From positions 1 to 64,000 of the forward strand of contig DAIDJN010000041.1 in the NCBI GenBank assembly GCA_027451365.1: DNA of 64,000 nucleotides. Reading direction: 5' to 3'. Position 1 is the stretch's first letter. Each line of letters starts with the position of its first letter. The position numbers were made by a program, and so were the translations under genes. The notes below the pieces were generated by a model. The model ran no database searches. It saw only the letters and a list, made by a program, of their open reading frames with translations, and was not told where the DNA came from. The DNA comes from Phycisphaerales bacterium (GTDB taxonomy: Bacteria > Planctomycetota > Phycisphaerae > WQYP01). This document shows positions 19,547-30,102 of the stretch, one piece after another.

Positions 19547-20638
19547 CTACAAGATGATCATCGCATCTCCAAAACTGTAAAACCTGTAGCGCTGCACGAC
19601 CGCCTCCTGATACACGCGCCGAAGTTCCTCCGGCGAAATAATCGCCGCAACCAGGGCCAGCAGTGTGCTTCTGGGCAGGTGGAAATTGGTGATCAGTACA
19701 TCTACCACCCGCATTTGATACCCCGGACTTATCAGCAGGTTTGTGGACCCGCAAAAATCCGAGGTTTCGCAACCCGTGCCAGGTTCCGGAAAAATGCGCT
19801 CCGCCGCCGCCTCCAGCGACCGCACTGTCGTGGTGCCCACCGCCACAATTCTGCCGCCGACCTGGCGCACGGCGCGCACCGCATGCACGGTCGCGGCCGG
19901 TATGTTGAACCATTCGGCATGCATAGGATGCTGGTGGATTAATGTCGTTTTTACGGGAAGAAATGTTCCTAAACCGACATGAAGGGTAAGTTCACATTGC
20001 CGGATGCCCTTGTCCTTCAGGCGGGCCAATACCGCCGGGGTAAAATGCAGCCCGGCGGTTGGGGCGGCCAGTGCGCCGGGGACGCGGGCATACACCGTCT
20101 GGTAAGCCGCCACATCCGAAATTGCCAGCCGTGAATGGTGGTCCTGCTGACGCGCCTTTTCAATATAGGGAGGCAGTGGGGGCGAGCCAATACGTGCCAG
20201 TCGGGTTAAATATTCTTCCGGCTTTTCCCATTCGATAATCCACTGGCCAGGTTCGGATTCCCGGTCAATGGCCGTAGCGAAGTCTCCTGTGGCCGCACCC
20301 GCCGAATTCACCGATTCTATGCGGGATCCGAGTGTGAATCGTCCGCGCGTTTTAAGCAGCACGCGCCAGCGACCATGACTCAACTCTTCAAGAAACAGCC
20401 CGACAATCCGACCGCCGGAAGACTTGCGAAACTCCAGCCGGGCGGGGATTACTCGGGTGTTGTTGGCCACCAGCAGATCGTTCGGCTCCAGCAGCGCGTC
20501 AAGATCATAAAAATGCCGGTGTTCAATGCTTTTGTCGCCCCGGCGGTAGACCAGCAGCCGACTATGGTCTCGCGGCTCCACCGGCTGCCGGGCAATAAGT
20601 TCCGGGGGAAGGTGGTAATCAAGTTCATCCATTCGCAT
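19547..20638 (-). CDS. queA: S-adenosylmethionine:tRNA ribosyltransferase-isomerase
   Basis: DYHLPPELIA, PLPPYI, YQTVYA, AAPTAGLHF, HVGLGTF, TNFHLPRSTL, YRFYSFGDAM. Confidence 0.98.
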   Translation of the reverse strand: MRMDELDYHLPPELIARQPVEPRDHSRLLVYRRGDKSIEHRHFYDLDALLEPNDLLVANNTRVIPARLEFRKSSGGRIVGLFLEELSHGRWRVLLKTRGRFTLGSRIESVNSAGAATGDFATAIDRESEPGQWIIEWEKPEEYLTRLARIGSPPLPPYIEKARQQDHHSRLAISDVAAYQTVYARVPGALAAPTAGLHFTPAVLARLKDKGIRQCELTLHVGLGTFLPVKTTLIHQHPMHAEWFNIPAATVHAVRAVRQVGGRIVAVGTTTVRSLEAAAERIFPEPGTGCETSDFCGSTNLLISPGYQMRVVDVLITNFHLPRSTLLALVAAIISPEELRRVYQEAVVQRYRFYSFGDAMIIL

Positions 20639-21324
20639 GTGCTGTTAAGAATACCCGCGCCGGAGCACCGCATCAATAAATCGTTGCCAAATGCGGCCGG
20701 GGCCATTTAAGCCGCGAGCGGCAGGGCCTGGAAGCGAATAAACGCACGAAGGTGTCGGCGGTGCCGATCAGAGTATTGGGTGTTACTCGCTCCATCGTGC
20801 GCGAATTCCAATCCGCCTAATTGCACTTCCGATTGTCCCGGCGGTTGGCAAGCAGGTGGCGCTGTCCCTGCTTGTTTTAATCGCACTAAAGAGGCGGCAA
20901 AGGCTACGACAATAGCAGGCGATCCAAATCAGACCAGAGTAGATTGGTTCGCCCTGCAGAAAGCCGGTGGATGAACGCATCAGCCGAAGTATGTGTCGGT
21001 CGCCAAGCCGGTGATTCCGCCCGTTGGGCCGACCGCCAGCGCGGCTCAGCAGGTGTTCCCTATCAAAAAAGGGAGGATTGTGTCCATCAGCCCATGGCTT
21101 TGGAACCATTAAGTGCGGCGGTCGGCATGGCCCAAGGCGGCTTTTACAGTCGCTGGCCAAATGGACCGTGGCCAGTTATCATTTTGATCCAGTGGTCTTG
21201 CGTATGGCGGCAGTCAGGTCCGTTCTGCGCCGCAGGATTTCACTTTTGCTCCAACGCCCCCAGCCTTGCGGGTTTCCTAGAGAAACAGCGCGACGCGGCG
21301 GCCTTGCAGCGGGTGCAGTGGTTC

Positions 21325-23097
21325 ATGGAGTTGATCAAAGGTATCGGTGTTTCCGTAGGCGTAGTGGTCTGCCGGGCGATGGTGCTGGGCGAAGACGAGC
21401 TGCGTGTGGGGCGGCGTACCATAGCCGCATCGGACGTTCCGGAGGAAAGAAGGCGTCTGCAAACGGCGCTTGCCGCCAGTAGCGATGAAATTCGGGAATT
21501 GCGCGATTCCACCACCCGTTCGCTGGGGAAGGAAACGGGAGCGATATTTGATTTTCACCTGGGACTTCTTAACGACCCGCAGTTACTCAAGACATTTCTT
21601 TTTGGCATAGAAACCAATCTTTCCAGCGCGGAATACGCCGTACACAAGGCGCTGCGCGATTACGGCCGCATTTTTTTAAGCCATGAAGACGCCTTCTTCC
21701 GCGAGCGGGTAAAGGATATTTACGATATTGAGCGGCGCCTGCTGGACAAACTGATGGGCAAAGAGCGGATCCGCCTGAACGACATTACTGAGCCGGTTGT
21801 GATCGTGGCCCATGATCTGTCCCCCTCGCAAACCGCGTCGCTGAACAAGTCACTGGTGCACGGAATCGCAATCGAAGCCGGGGGAAGAACCAGCCACACG
21901 GCCATTATCGCCAATTCGCTGGGAATTCCGGCTGTGGTAGGTCTGGAAAATGTTGCGCACCGCACGACCACCGGGGATATGATGGTAGTCAATGGCTACA
22001 GCGGCCTGGTGATTCTGGACCCCGACCAGGCAACCATCAATGACCACAAGGAATATGAACGCCGGCAGAAGTTGTATCAAAGTTCGCTTGAGGTCATGCG
22101 AGACCTGCCCGCTCGCACCCGCGACGGCATTGATATTGCCCTGTATGGCAACATTGAATTTCCCAGTGAAGTTGAAAACGCCATTGCCAAGGGTGCGACG
22201 GGCATTGGGCTTTATCGCACGGAATTTCTCTATCTTTCCAGCGACCATGAACCGACCGAGGATGACCACTACGCGGCGTATGCCGAGGCAATCCGCCGGC
22301 TGGGCGGCCGGCCGGTGGTGATCCGCACCTTGGACCTTGGCGCGGATAAATATTCACCCTTTCTGGAACAGTTGCCGGAGGCGAATCCCTTCCTTGGCTG
22401 CCGGTCCATTCGGCTGTGCCTGGCCAATGAAAAAATGTTTATGACCCAGTTGCGGGCCATATTGCGGGCCAGCGTGCTGGGCAATGTCAGCCTGATGTTT
22501 CCGATGATCAGCGCGCCGATCGAACTTCACAAGGCCAAAATGATTCTTAAAGATGTCATGGAGGAATTGGATGAAGAGGGCCTTCCATTTAACCGGTATA
22601 TACGGGTCGGCATGATGGTGGAAGTGCCTTCCACAGCGCTGGTGCCGCATCCGTATATGTCCGAATGTGACTTTTTTTCCATCGGCACCAACGATCTGAT
22701 TCAGTACACTCTGGCGGTGGACCGCGGCAACCAGCGGGTTGCTTCGCTTTACTCCGGGGCGCACCCGGCGGTGCTTTCGCTGATCCAGAATGTGGTGCGG
22801 GCCGCCGGGCGAAAAGGCAAGCCGGTTTCATTGTGCGGCGAGCTTGGTGGCGATCCGCAGTTTACGCTGCTTCTGATAGGCATGGGAATTCGCAACTTTT
22901 CCATTACGCCCCAGAACATTCCGGAAATAAAGAAAATTGTCCGGAGCGTGACCATTAAAGATGCCGAAAAAATAGCACGCACCGCGATGAGCAAATTCAC
23001 CGCGAACCAGATCAGCAGTTATCTGCATGATGCGACGCGTAAGTTTCTGCCGGACATATTCAGCGAAGAAAACCCCGCTGCGGCACGCCCAACCTGA
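21325..23097 (+). CDS. ptsI: PTS enzyme I (phosphoenolpyruvate-protein phosphotransferase)
   Basis: GIGVSVG, GGRTSHTAI phospho-His, GIGLYRTEFL, RTLDLGADK, NPFLGCRSIR, SIGTNDL, LCGELGG. Confidence 0.96.
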   Translation: MELIKGIGVSVGVVVCRAMVLGEDELRVGRRTIAASDVPEERRRLQTALAASSDEIRELRDSTTRSLGKETGAIFDFHLGLLNDPQLLKTFLFGIETNLSSAEYAVHKALRDYGRIFLSHEDAFFRERVKDIYDIERRLLDKLMGKERIRLNDITEPVVIVAHDLSPSQTASLNKSLVHGIAIEAGGRTSHTAIIANSLGIPAVVGLENVAHRTTTGDMMVVNGYSGLVILDPDQATINDHKEYERRQKLYQSSLEVMRDLPARTRDGIDIALYGNIEFPSEVENAIAKGATGIGLYRTEFLYLSSDHEPTEDDHYAAYAEAIRRLGGRPVVIRTLDLGADKYSPFLEQLPEANPFLGCRSIRLCLANEKMFMTQLRAILRASVLGNVSLMFPMISAPIELHKAKMILKDVMEELDEEGLPFNRYIRVGMMVEVPSTALVPHPYMSECDFFSIGTNDLIQYTLAVDRGNQRVASLYSGAHPAVLSLIQNVVRAAGRKGKPVSLCGELGGDPQFTLLLIGMGIRNFSITPQNIPEIKKIVRSVTIKDAEKIARTAMSKFTANQISSYLHDATRKFLPDIFSEENPAAARPT

Positions 23098-23410
23098 CCC
23101 GCAGCGGCCGTCAGAACCCGAATTTACCAAAATTGCCCGCCGACCGGATTTTTACGCCGGGGTGTCCATGCCTGCATGCCAATCAAAGACCGCCGATTCG
23201 GATGCCTTTGATGCGCTCCCTCCGAACGTGTCCAGACGGGTGCCCGTTGGCATGCCAGCGTTTTTGCGGTTCCCAACAGAATCGGGCAGACTCCTGATAC
23301 CCGGGCACCGGGCGACCTGCCGGTTTTGACCGTCGGGCCGCTAATCCTTACACTACGCAAGGAATAAGCATGTGGTGCTGTGGTGCCCGGCTTGGCCGGC
23401 AGATTAAAGA

Positions 23411-24466
23411 GTGACTGTGAACAAATATAATTCGCCATCGGTTGTTTCGTCTTCCCGTCCAAAAGCCTTGTTCTGTCTGGGGCGGCAGGAGTTTCTCTGG
23501 ATCTACGGACCTGATGAACGCCGCGATATAGCCGCCCTGTGCGACATTCCCGATCAGCCGTTCACCCGCGATATGCTGCGGCAGAACCCGTCGGTGCTGG
23601 CCGACGTGGAATACCTGTTTTCCGGCTGGGGAGCGCCTCGATTGGATGAGGAATTCCTTCGACAGGCCCCGAAACTTCAGGTGGTGCTGTACGGTGCCGG
23701 TTCGCTGGCCACGGTGGCTACCGAGGCGGCCTGGAAACGCGGCATCCGCTTTTCCAGCGCGGCATTTGCCAATTCCATACCGGTGGCCGAGTATTCCCTC
23801 GCGATGATCATTCTTGGCTTAAAGCAGGTATGGCATCATGCGATTCGTACGCATGAACTTAAAGCCTGGTCCGCGCCAGGTACCTTCCCTGGCTGCTATC
23901 GCAGCGTGGTGGGGCTGGTTTCGCTGGGGACGATCGCCCGGCTGTTAATAGAAAAACTGCAGGGTTTTGACCTGTCCATTATTGCCTACGACAAATATGT
24001 TACACCTCAGGATGCGCAGGCTCTGGGTGTTGAACTTGTGTCGTTGCCGGAACTTTTTTCACGGGCCGATGTGATTTCCCTTCACACACCGCTGCTGGCG
24101 GAAACACGCGGACTTATTGACGGCAAACTGATGATGGGAATGCAGCCGAACGCCACACTCATCAATACATCGCGGGGCGCGATTATCAATGAACCGGAAT
24201 TGCTGAAGGTCGCGCGGCTGCGACCAGATGTACAGTTTATTCTGGACGTGACCGACCCCGAACCGCCGATTCCTGGCTCCGAGATTTTTAAGCTGTCCAA
24301 CATTGTGCTTACGCCGCATATCGCCGGATCCCAAGATCGGGAATGCGCACGCATGGGACGGCTTATGATCACGGAATTTCAGCGTCATCAGCGCGGTGAA
24401 CCCCTGCAATTTGAGATTACCGCGGACATTGCCCGCAACAGCATTCATCGACCGGTGGAAGTCTAG
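23411..24466 (+). CDS. D-isomer-specific 2-hydroxyacid dehydrogenase
   Basis: PVAEY, SLHTPLLAETRG, INTSRG, LDVTDPEP, TPHIAG. The Rossmann motif is an atypical SLGTIA. Confidence 0.9.
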   Translation: MTVNKYNSPSVVSSSRPKALFCLGRQEFLWIYGPDERRDIAALCDIPDQPFTRDMLRQNPSVLADVEYLFSGWGAPRLDEEFLRQAPKLQVVLYGAGSLATVATEAAWKRGIRFSSAAFANSIPVAEYSLAMIILGLKQVWHHAIRTHELKAWSAPGTFPGCYRSVVGLVSLGTIARLLIEKLQGFDLSIIAYDKYVTPQDAQALGVELVSLPELFSRADVISLHTPLLAETRGLIDGKLMMGMQPNATLINTSRGAIINEPELLKVARLRPDVQFILDVTDPEPPIPGSEIFKLSNIVLTPHIAGSQDRECARMGRLMITEFQRHQRGEPLQFEITADIARNSIHRPVEV

Positions 24467-24804
24467 TCGCGGACTATTCGCGGATCGGGTGGCCAATGAT
24501 CCGTCTCTCCGGTAAGCGCATCCATGTGGTGGGCACTCTGCCGACAGGCGTTCGCAGTGCCGGGACAATGACTGCGCATTGGCAGGTCAGGCCTGAGATT
24601 TGGTCATGTATTCAATCCCGCAACCGTAGCCGCGACGGGGATTGACGCGGTTCTATCCCCGAATGTGGGGCGGTTAAGTTCATGATTTTTCAATGTCTCG
24701 ATTGTCGGCCGTTTCGTCATTGTTTATTCGGTTCACAGCGCTGGCCCGCCGGGCGTAAAGCCGTATAATGCCGGGTTCGATTTTTGCCCTGCGGAACGGA
24801 CGGT

Positions 24805-26955
24805 ATGAATTCATTCTGGAGATTGCTTAAGGGGGTATGGCCCTATCGGTTCGGGCTGGCGGTCTCTTTTCTTTGCGCCATCGGTGTCAGCCTGTCTTAT
24901 GCATCGGGCGTGGCCACGCTTTATCCGGTCCTTAAAATATTCATCAGCACGGAAGGGGTTCATGGCTGGGCAAACCAGCGCGTGGTCGATGCGAGGCTCG
25001 GAGTCCAGACATTGAACCTGGGTGACACCGCCACCCACGGGAGCCTGGCTATTAACATTACGAAGGTGCTTCCATCGGCTCCGGCACAGCTTAAAAAGCT
25101 GGCCTTCGGCGATCAGATTGCCCGGGTTCAGATGCAAAGCTCGCGTGGTCTGTCGCTGGGCCACAGCCACAACTGGTTGGGGATGATGGCTCTTTTAGCG
25201 CATGCCCGTGCCGGACAGATGGCACGGTTGACCATCGCTTTCAAGCATAGTCTCAAGCCCGCGACGGTTGCGATTGTGTTGCCGCCAAGGTCCATCTCCA
25301 TGCGTTATTTTTCCAGGCTGGTCAACGTATTGCCACCGGGCCGCTTTATGGGAATGTGCTGGATCGTCGGCATGTTTATTGTATTGTGCATAGTGGGAAG
25401 TGCATTCCGTTATTTTCAGACTTATTTAAGCGCGGTGATCACCGCCCGCGTGATTATCGACTTGCGGCGCAGGCTTTTTAGTCGAATGATCAACCTGCCG
25501 CTGGCCTACACCGCGGGTCACGGCACCAACGATCTGGCCAGCCGTCTCACCATTGATACCAACACCCTGGCCGATGGCCTGGGTTCGGTGCTGGGTAAGG
25601 CAATTCTGGAACCGACCAAATCCATCGGGGTTGCCGTGGTTGCGGTATTGATTGACTGGCGGTTGTTTGTCGGAACACTGGTTGTGCTGCCGGTGATGGG
25701 CGTGATCATTGGCTATTTCGGCAAGCGGATGAAAAAGGCCAGCACCCGCAGCCTGCAGGGATGGTCGCAGGTGGTGGCTATCAGCAATGAATCGTTGAAC
25801 AACGTGCGTGTGGTAAAGGCTTATTCCGGTGGCGGCTACGAGCGGCGCCGATTCGCGCGGGCCAACCGGCATCTGCTGCGCATGATTAAACGCGGCATTC
25901 ACTACAATTCGCTGTCGCGTCCCGTATTTGAAACCCTTTCCATTATTCTTATCAGTATTCCGCTTCTGGTCATGTTTCATCTGGTGCTTGGCGGTACGAT
26001 CAGCAAGGATTCGTTTCTGGTGATGTTGGCCTGTCTGGGCGCTATTTTTGAACCATTGCGGAAGCTCAACGATCTGAATAACCGGGTGCAGGTGGCCAAC
26101 GCTGCGGCGGCCCGCTGTTTTGAAATTCTGGATTTGCCGACTGAAGAACCACCCGGCGACCTGCCCAAACTGCCACGGCATACCGGTAGTGTTGAATTTC
26201 AGCATGTCGGTTTTCATTATCCCAATCGCGACAGGATGGTGCTTGAAGATATTAATTTGCGCGTGGAACATGGCCGCTTTATTGCAGTCGTCGGTGCCAA
26301 TGGGTCCGGAAAATCAACGCTGCTATCGCTGCTGACGCGGTTTTATGAACCGACTGCCGGCCGGGTACTGATCGATGGAACCGATATTAAAACCGTTTCG
26401 CTGGCCTCCCTGCGCAGACAAATTGGCCTGGTCACACAGGATACCATGCTTTTTTCCGACACGGTTTACAACAATATTGCCTACGGACAGCGACATGCGA
26501 GTGCAGACCAGATTTTGGATGCCGCGCGGCGCAGTTACGTGGATGACTTCGTTCGCGACCTGCCCCAGGGCTATGAGACTCAGGTGGGGCAGGGGGGTGC
26601 CATGCTTTCCGGTGGTCAGCGCCAGCGCATTGCGATCGCACGGGCGATTTTGCGCGACCCGGCCATTCTAATTCTTGATGAAGCCCTGAGCCAGGCCGAC
26701 AGCGAAAGCGAGGCGAAAATATCGTTAGCGCTGGCGGAATTTGTTAAAACCCGGACCACTTTTGTGATTGCCCATCACTTCAGCACCGTTGTTTCGGCGG
26801 ACCAGATTATTTGTCTGGAAAACGGGCGCATTGTAGGTGCCGGTCCGCACAGCGAATTGCTGGCCAGTTGCCCCATTTACCGGCGGCTCTACGAAACGCA
26901 GCTTATGGGCCGTCCGGAAACTGCCAGCAGCAGCCCACGGGTGCCATTGGTCTAA
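24805..26955 (+). CDS. MsbA-like ABC exporter (TMD+NBD) with a large periplasmic insertion
   Basis: Several TM helices; GANGSGKST, LSGGQRQRIAIARA, ILDEA. About 140-aa insert between TM1 and TM2. Confidence 0.9.
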   Translation: MNSFWRLLKGVWPYRFGLAVSFLCAIGVSLSYASGVATLYPVLKIFISTEGVHGWANQRVVDARLGVQTLNLGDTATHGSLAINITKVLPSAPAQLKKLAFGDQIARVQMQSSRGLSLGHSHNWLGMMALLAHARAGQMARLTIAFKHSLKPATVAIVLPPRSISMRYFSRLVNVLPPGRFMGMCWIVGMFIVLCIVGSAFRYFQTYLSAVITARVIIDLRRRLFSRMINLPLAYTAGHGTNDLASRLTIDTNTLADGLGSVLGKAILEPTKSIGVAVVAVLIDWRLFVGTLVVLPVMGVIIGYFGKRMKKASTRSLQGWSQVVAISNESLNNVRVVKAYSGGGYERRRFARANRHLLRMIKRGIHYNSLSRPVFETLSIILISIPLLVMFHLVLGGTISKDSFLVMLACLGAIFEPLRKLNDLNNRVQVANAAAARCFEILDLPTEEPPGDLPKLPRHTGSVEFQHVGFHYPNRDRMVLEDINLRVEHGRFIAVVGANGSGKSTLLSLLTRFYEPTAGRVLIDGTDIKTVSLASLRRQIGLVTQDTMLFSDTVYNNIAYGQRHASADQILDAARRSYVDDFVRDLPQGYETQVGQGGAMLSGGQRQRIAIARAILRDPAILILDEALSQADSESEAKISLALAEFVKTRTTFVIAHHFSTVVSADQIICLENGRIVGAGPHSELLASCPIYRRLYETQLMGRPETASSSPRVPLV

Positions 26956-27099
26956 ACGCGCCAATTGTTGAAATTGGCCGCCTCTCTTCCGCCCGTACCC
27001 GATTCACCGCATAATAAAAGCCATAAGCCGGCCCAGGCCGCCGGATTTTTGCATGCGGTCTGGCACCCAGGCCGTCGCTTAATGGCAGGACTTTCCGGT

Positions 27100-28017
27100 A
27101 TGCTTAAACACAGACTTGTTTACGGACTTCTCTTTGGCATCGCCCTTCTGGCGATGTTTTATTTTGATCAGACTCTCTCGCGCGGCTGGCCGGCAAGGCC
27201 GCTGTCCTTTCCACCCGGGACTCTGATGGTGTTGACGCTGTTTATTATTATTCCACTGGCGGTCAGCGAAATGAGCCGTCTGCTGCAATACGAAAATGTC
27301 GTCATCTCCAAACGCGTCTGCATTCTCTCATCGCTATTGTGCATGCTCTGGCCGTGGTTGGAACAGCTTTCCGAATTACTGCTTGATCACCCAAGCGGTG
27401 CCAACCCGCTAGCGGTAAAAATCGCCACCTGGTTCCACACCGTTAAGCCGCATTACCTGGTCCCCACGGTGATGGCCGTGGCGCTGGTTGGCGCGCTGGG
27501 TATGTTTTCCCGAAGGCAAAAGGTGGATGGAGCCATGGCCAACGCGGGCGGTTCGCTGCTCGCGATCGTGTACCTTGGGGTGTTGCCGGGATTTTATCTG
27601 CCTATTCGACTCAGCCATTCCGCCGGAATGATTGTTTCCATACTGCTAATTGTGAAATCCGCGGATATGGGTGCCTATGGCGTGGGCCGACTTCTCGGGC
27701 GACACAAACTTGTCCCCTGGCTTTCCCCGGGTAAAACCTGGGAAGGATTTGTTGGTGGCGTTGCCGCCGCGGGGCTTGTGGGTGCCATGCTGACACACTT
27801 TACGCCGGAATTCGACTGGTGGCAGGGTGCCTTGGGCGGACTGCTGCTGGGCATCTGCGGTCAGATGGGCGATCTGCTGGAAAGCCTGCTGAAGCGCGAT
27901 GCGGGTGTAAAAGATTCCGGAAGCGTGCCGGGCTTCGGCGGCGTGCTGGACCTGATGGATTCCCCACTGCTCGCCGCCCCGTTCGCCTATTGGATGCTTA
28001 AACTGGTCCATGGGTGA
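27100..28017 (+). CDS. cdsA: Phosphatidate cytidylyltransferase
   Basis: DMGAY, LSPGKTWEG, GDLLESLLKRDAGVKDSG, PGFGGVLDLMDS. Confidence 0.93.
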   Translation: MLKHRLVYGLLFGIALLAMFYFDQTLSRGWPARPLSFPPGTLMVLTLFIIIPLAVSEMSRLLQYENVVISKRVCILSSLLCMLWPWLEQLSELLLDHPSGANPLAVKIATWFHTVKPHYLVPTVMAVALVGALGMFSRRQKVDGAMANAGGSLLAIVYLGVLPGFYLPIRLSHSAGMIVSILLIVKSADMGAYGVGRLLGRHKLVPWLSPGKTWEGFVGGVAAAGLVGAMLTHFTPEFDWWQGALGGLLLGICGQMGDLLESLLKRDAGVKDSGSVPGFGGVLDLMDSPLLAAPFAYWMLKLVHG

Positions 28018-28112
28018 ATGGTGCGCAATGACCGTCGCAGGCATTCCCCGTTCAGAGACATGCGCTTTGGTCCGCAGTTTCGCAGATTGCCGCCAATACC
28101 ATAAAAAGGCAA

Positions 28113-29531
28113 TTAGCCACCGACCGGTGCAAGCTGGTAATGGCACAGTTTCGGCTGGTTGGCCATGTATTCCCGGTGCACAATGGTATCCCCAAGTTTA
28201 TTCATGGCTTTTACCACGCGGGCAACCGCCCGGGCGGTGGCCGGGTCATTTTCAGTGGTGACGGGCAAATTCGGAGCGCCCCAGCCAAAATTCTGATACT
28301 CGGTCTGCACGCCATGCCAGGCGACAAAGTGATTCTGAATTTCCTCCCAGACTATGTTATTGACCTGATACGCCTGTTGCAGCATCGGTGTGAAATAGCG
28401 GGAAAGGTTCACTCCCTCGGCCAACTTGGCGGCGGTGAAGATGCCGACTTTTTGACCATTAATTGACAGCGTATACCGTGGCGCGGTCAGTCCGGTCACA
28501 GTTAACATTTCCCGATCCAATTGGTGCGTAAAGCCGCTGAGTCGATCGACCAAGGCGGTTACCGGATTGGTATATTTCGGATTTGGCTGGGGGGGCAGGA
28601 ACATATCCCATGACGGAAATTGCGGCCAGTTTTCATGCAGTGCGATAATCGGCATCGGCAGGGCGCCATCCATCTGATTCCAGGCGAGAGTGCCGCCTTG
28701 GGCGGTTACATCTGATATTTTCGTATTGACCGCATGAGCCACGGTACCTGTTGCGCTGATGCGGACGTTGGTAACCGTTGCCGGTGCACCCCAAGCCTTG
28801 AGCAACGCCTGGGCCATCATCATTTCCCCAGCCGCGCTGGGATGAACCCGCCCGGGCAGAATGCCGGCGGCCAGTTTTGGATTTATTTTTTCCGCCTCTT
28901 TGGTGACGTTCATCATCGGGGTATTAAAATCCACGCACATCAGATGATTTTTCGCGGCCAGCTTTTGAACAAAGTGGTCGTAGCGAATCAGGACCGCGTT
29001 ATAGCCGCCAGGAAATCCGGGTGCCTGAGTGAAGTCGTCATAGGGAGATGTTTCCAGAAGAACAATCCGCACACCAGGCAGGTGCTTCTTAAGCGACGCA
29101 ATAATGTGCTCATAACCCTTTTTATAGGTGTTAAAAATCCCCTGATCAAAAGGCCGGTAGCTTGCGTCATTCATGCCGAGCATGATGGTGACCACATCCG
29201 GTTTGAAGGGAAATACGTCGCGTTTCAGGCGAAGATCAATGGGGCCTGCCCAGCCACCAGTCACGCGGTCGCCGCCGACGCCGGCATCCACAAAGCGAAC
29301 ATGAAGTTTCGGAAATCGCGTCAGGACATAGGTTTGCACATCGGCCGGATAGAACCGCTGCTCGGTAATGCTGTCTCCGTAAAAGCAGACACGGTCGCCA
29401 TTTTTCAGAAAAAATGATTTTGCGGCCGCATGGGCCCGCGTGGCCGCAAATGGTGCAAGGAGAGTGATTGCCAACACCGGTAAAATACGAGATAGCCGCA
29501 CGCCGTGTCCCCTTAAAAATGTTTTACGCAT
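28113..29531 (-). CDS. Secreted SGNH/GDSL hydrolase (probable carbohydrate esterase)
   Basis: Signal peptide; FYGDSIT, AGVGGD, LGMNDA, GRVHP. Confidence 0.88.
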   Translation of the reverse strand: MRKTFLRGHGVRLSRILPVLAITLLAPFAATRAHAAAKSFFLKNGDRVCFYGDSITEQRFYPADVQTYVLTRFPKLHVRFVDAGVGGDRVTGGWAGPIDLRLKRDVFPFKPDVVTIMLGMNDASYRPFDQGIFNTYKKGYEHIIASLKKHLPGVRIVLLETSPYDDFTQAPGFPGGYNAVLIRYDHFVQKLAAKNHLMCVDFNTPMMNVTKEAEKINPKLAAGILPGRVHPSAAGEMMMAQALLKAWGAPATVTNVRISATGTVAHAVNTKISDVTAQGGTLAWNQMDGALPMPIIALHENWPQFPSWDMFLPPQPNPKYTNPVTALVDRLSGFTHQLDREMLTVTGLTAPRYTLSINGQKVGIFTAAKLAEGVNLSRYFTPMLQQAYQVNNIVWEEIQNHFVAWHGVQTEYQNFGWGAPNLPVTTENDPATARAVARVVKAMNKLGDTIVHREYMANQPKLCHYQLAPVGG

Positions 29532-30102
29532 TGGGCCAGCCTCCGCCGGTGACCCGCAGAAGTGGTAGGTTAGATTCCAATGCGGCCAATGTCAATTCGG
29601 CAGGCGGCTACGCCCAAAATAATTTGAAACTAATCGAGGAAAGTAGAACGTAAGGAAATCGGGGCATTTGCCCAAGCCAGACGGCCGATTCGTTTACGCG
29701 AGTTAGACGGGCTAAACCAGCGGCTTAGTCTGTCCCGATGGCGACCGCAATATTCACTTGTCAAACAGCCGGACGCTGTGCGTCGCAATGTTTCGCCGGT
29801 TATTGGTTCGGGGTGCGGTTCTTCCGGATTTAGCGAACCGGTGCGTTCCTCGATATCAGTAACAGGTGTGTGCGGCGGCGATAATTGCAGCGCGCAATGA
29901 ACTGGATGCCTGCGGATTCTCTGAACGAACCGCTTCACTGGAATACCGGAATGCTGTGCTTCAAGTTTTTCTTCCGTATGGGCGGCGGGCAGACGGTATC
30001 GGATGAACAGACTGCCAAGAACGTGCATTGGCTTGGTACGTTGCGGATGCCAGTGTATGATTCAAATTACCGAAGCAAGGTCGGCCTTTCTCAAGGCAGT
30101 TT

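Noticed and set aside
20888..21080. Lysine riboswitch-like words (AGAGGC, GAAAG, GCCGAAG, GGAG)
   Set aside because: Spacing and key motifs (AGUA, CUGUC, GCUA) do not fit, and the downstream gene is unrelated to lysine. Kept only as an unnamed structured candidate.
20944..21324. 127-aa N-terminal extension of PtsI in the ORF track
   Set aside because: Homology begins at MELIKGIGVS (21325). The extension has no recognisable domain and overlaps the structured intergenic region.
23418..23435. Operator half-sites (TGAACAAATA at 23418; TGGTTAA at 37272 and 59569; weak sites at 57122 and 63860)
   Set aside because: Only one half matches, which is plausible by chance in AT-rich patches, so they were not counted in the regulon.
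29630..30102. ORFs upstream of the Rhs fragment as the missing rhs body or a transposase
   Set aside because: No YD repeats or DDE motifs are visible in the listed frames.
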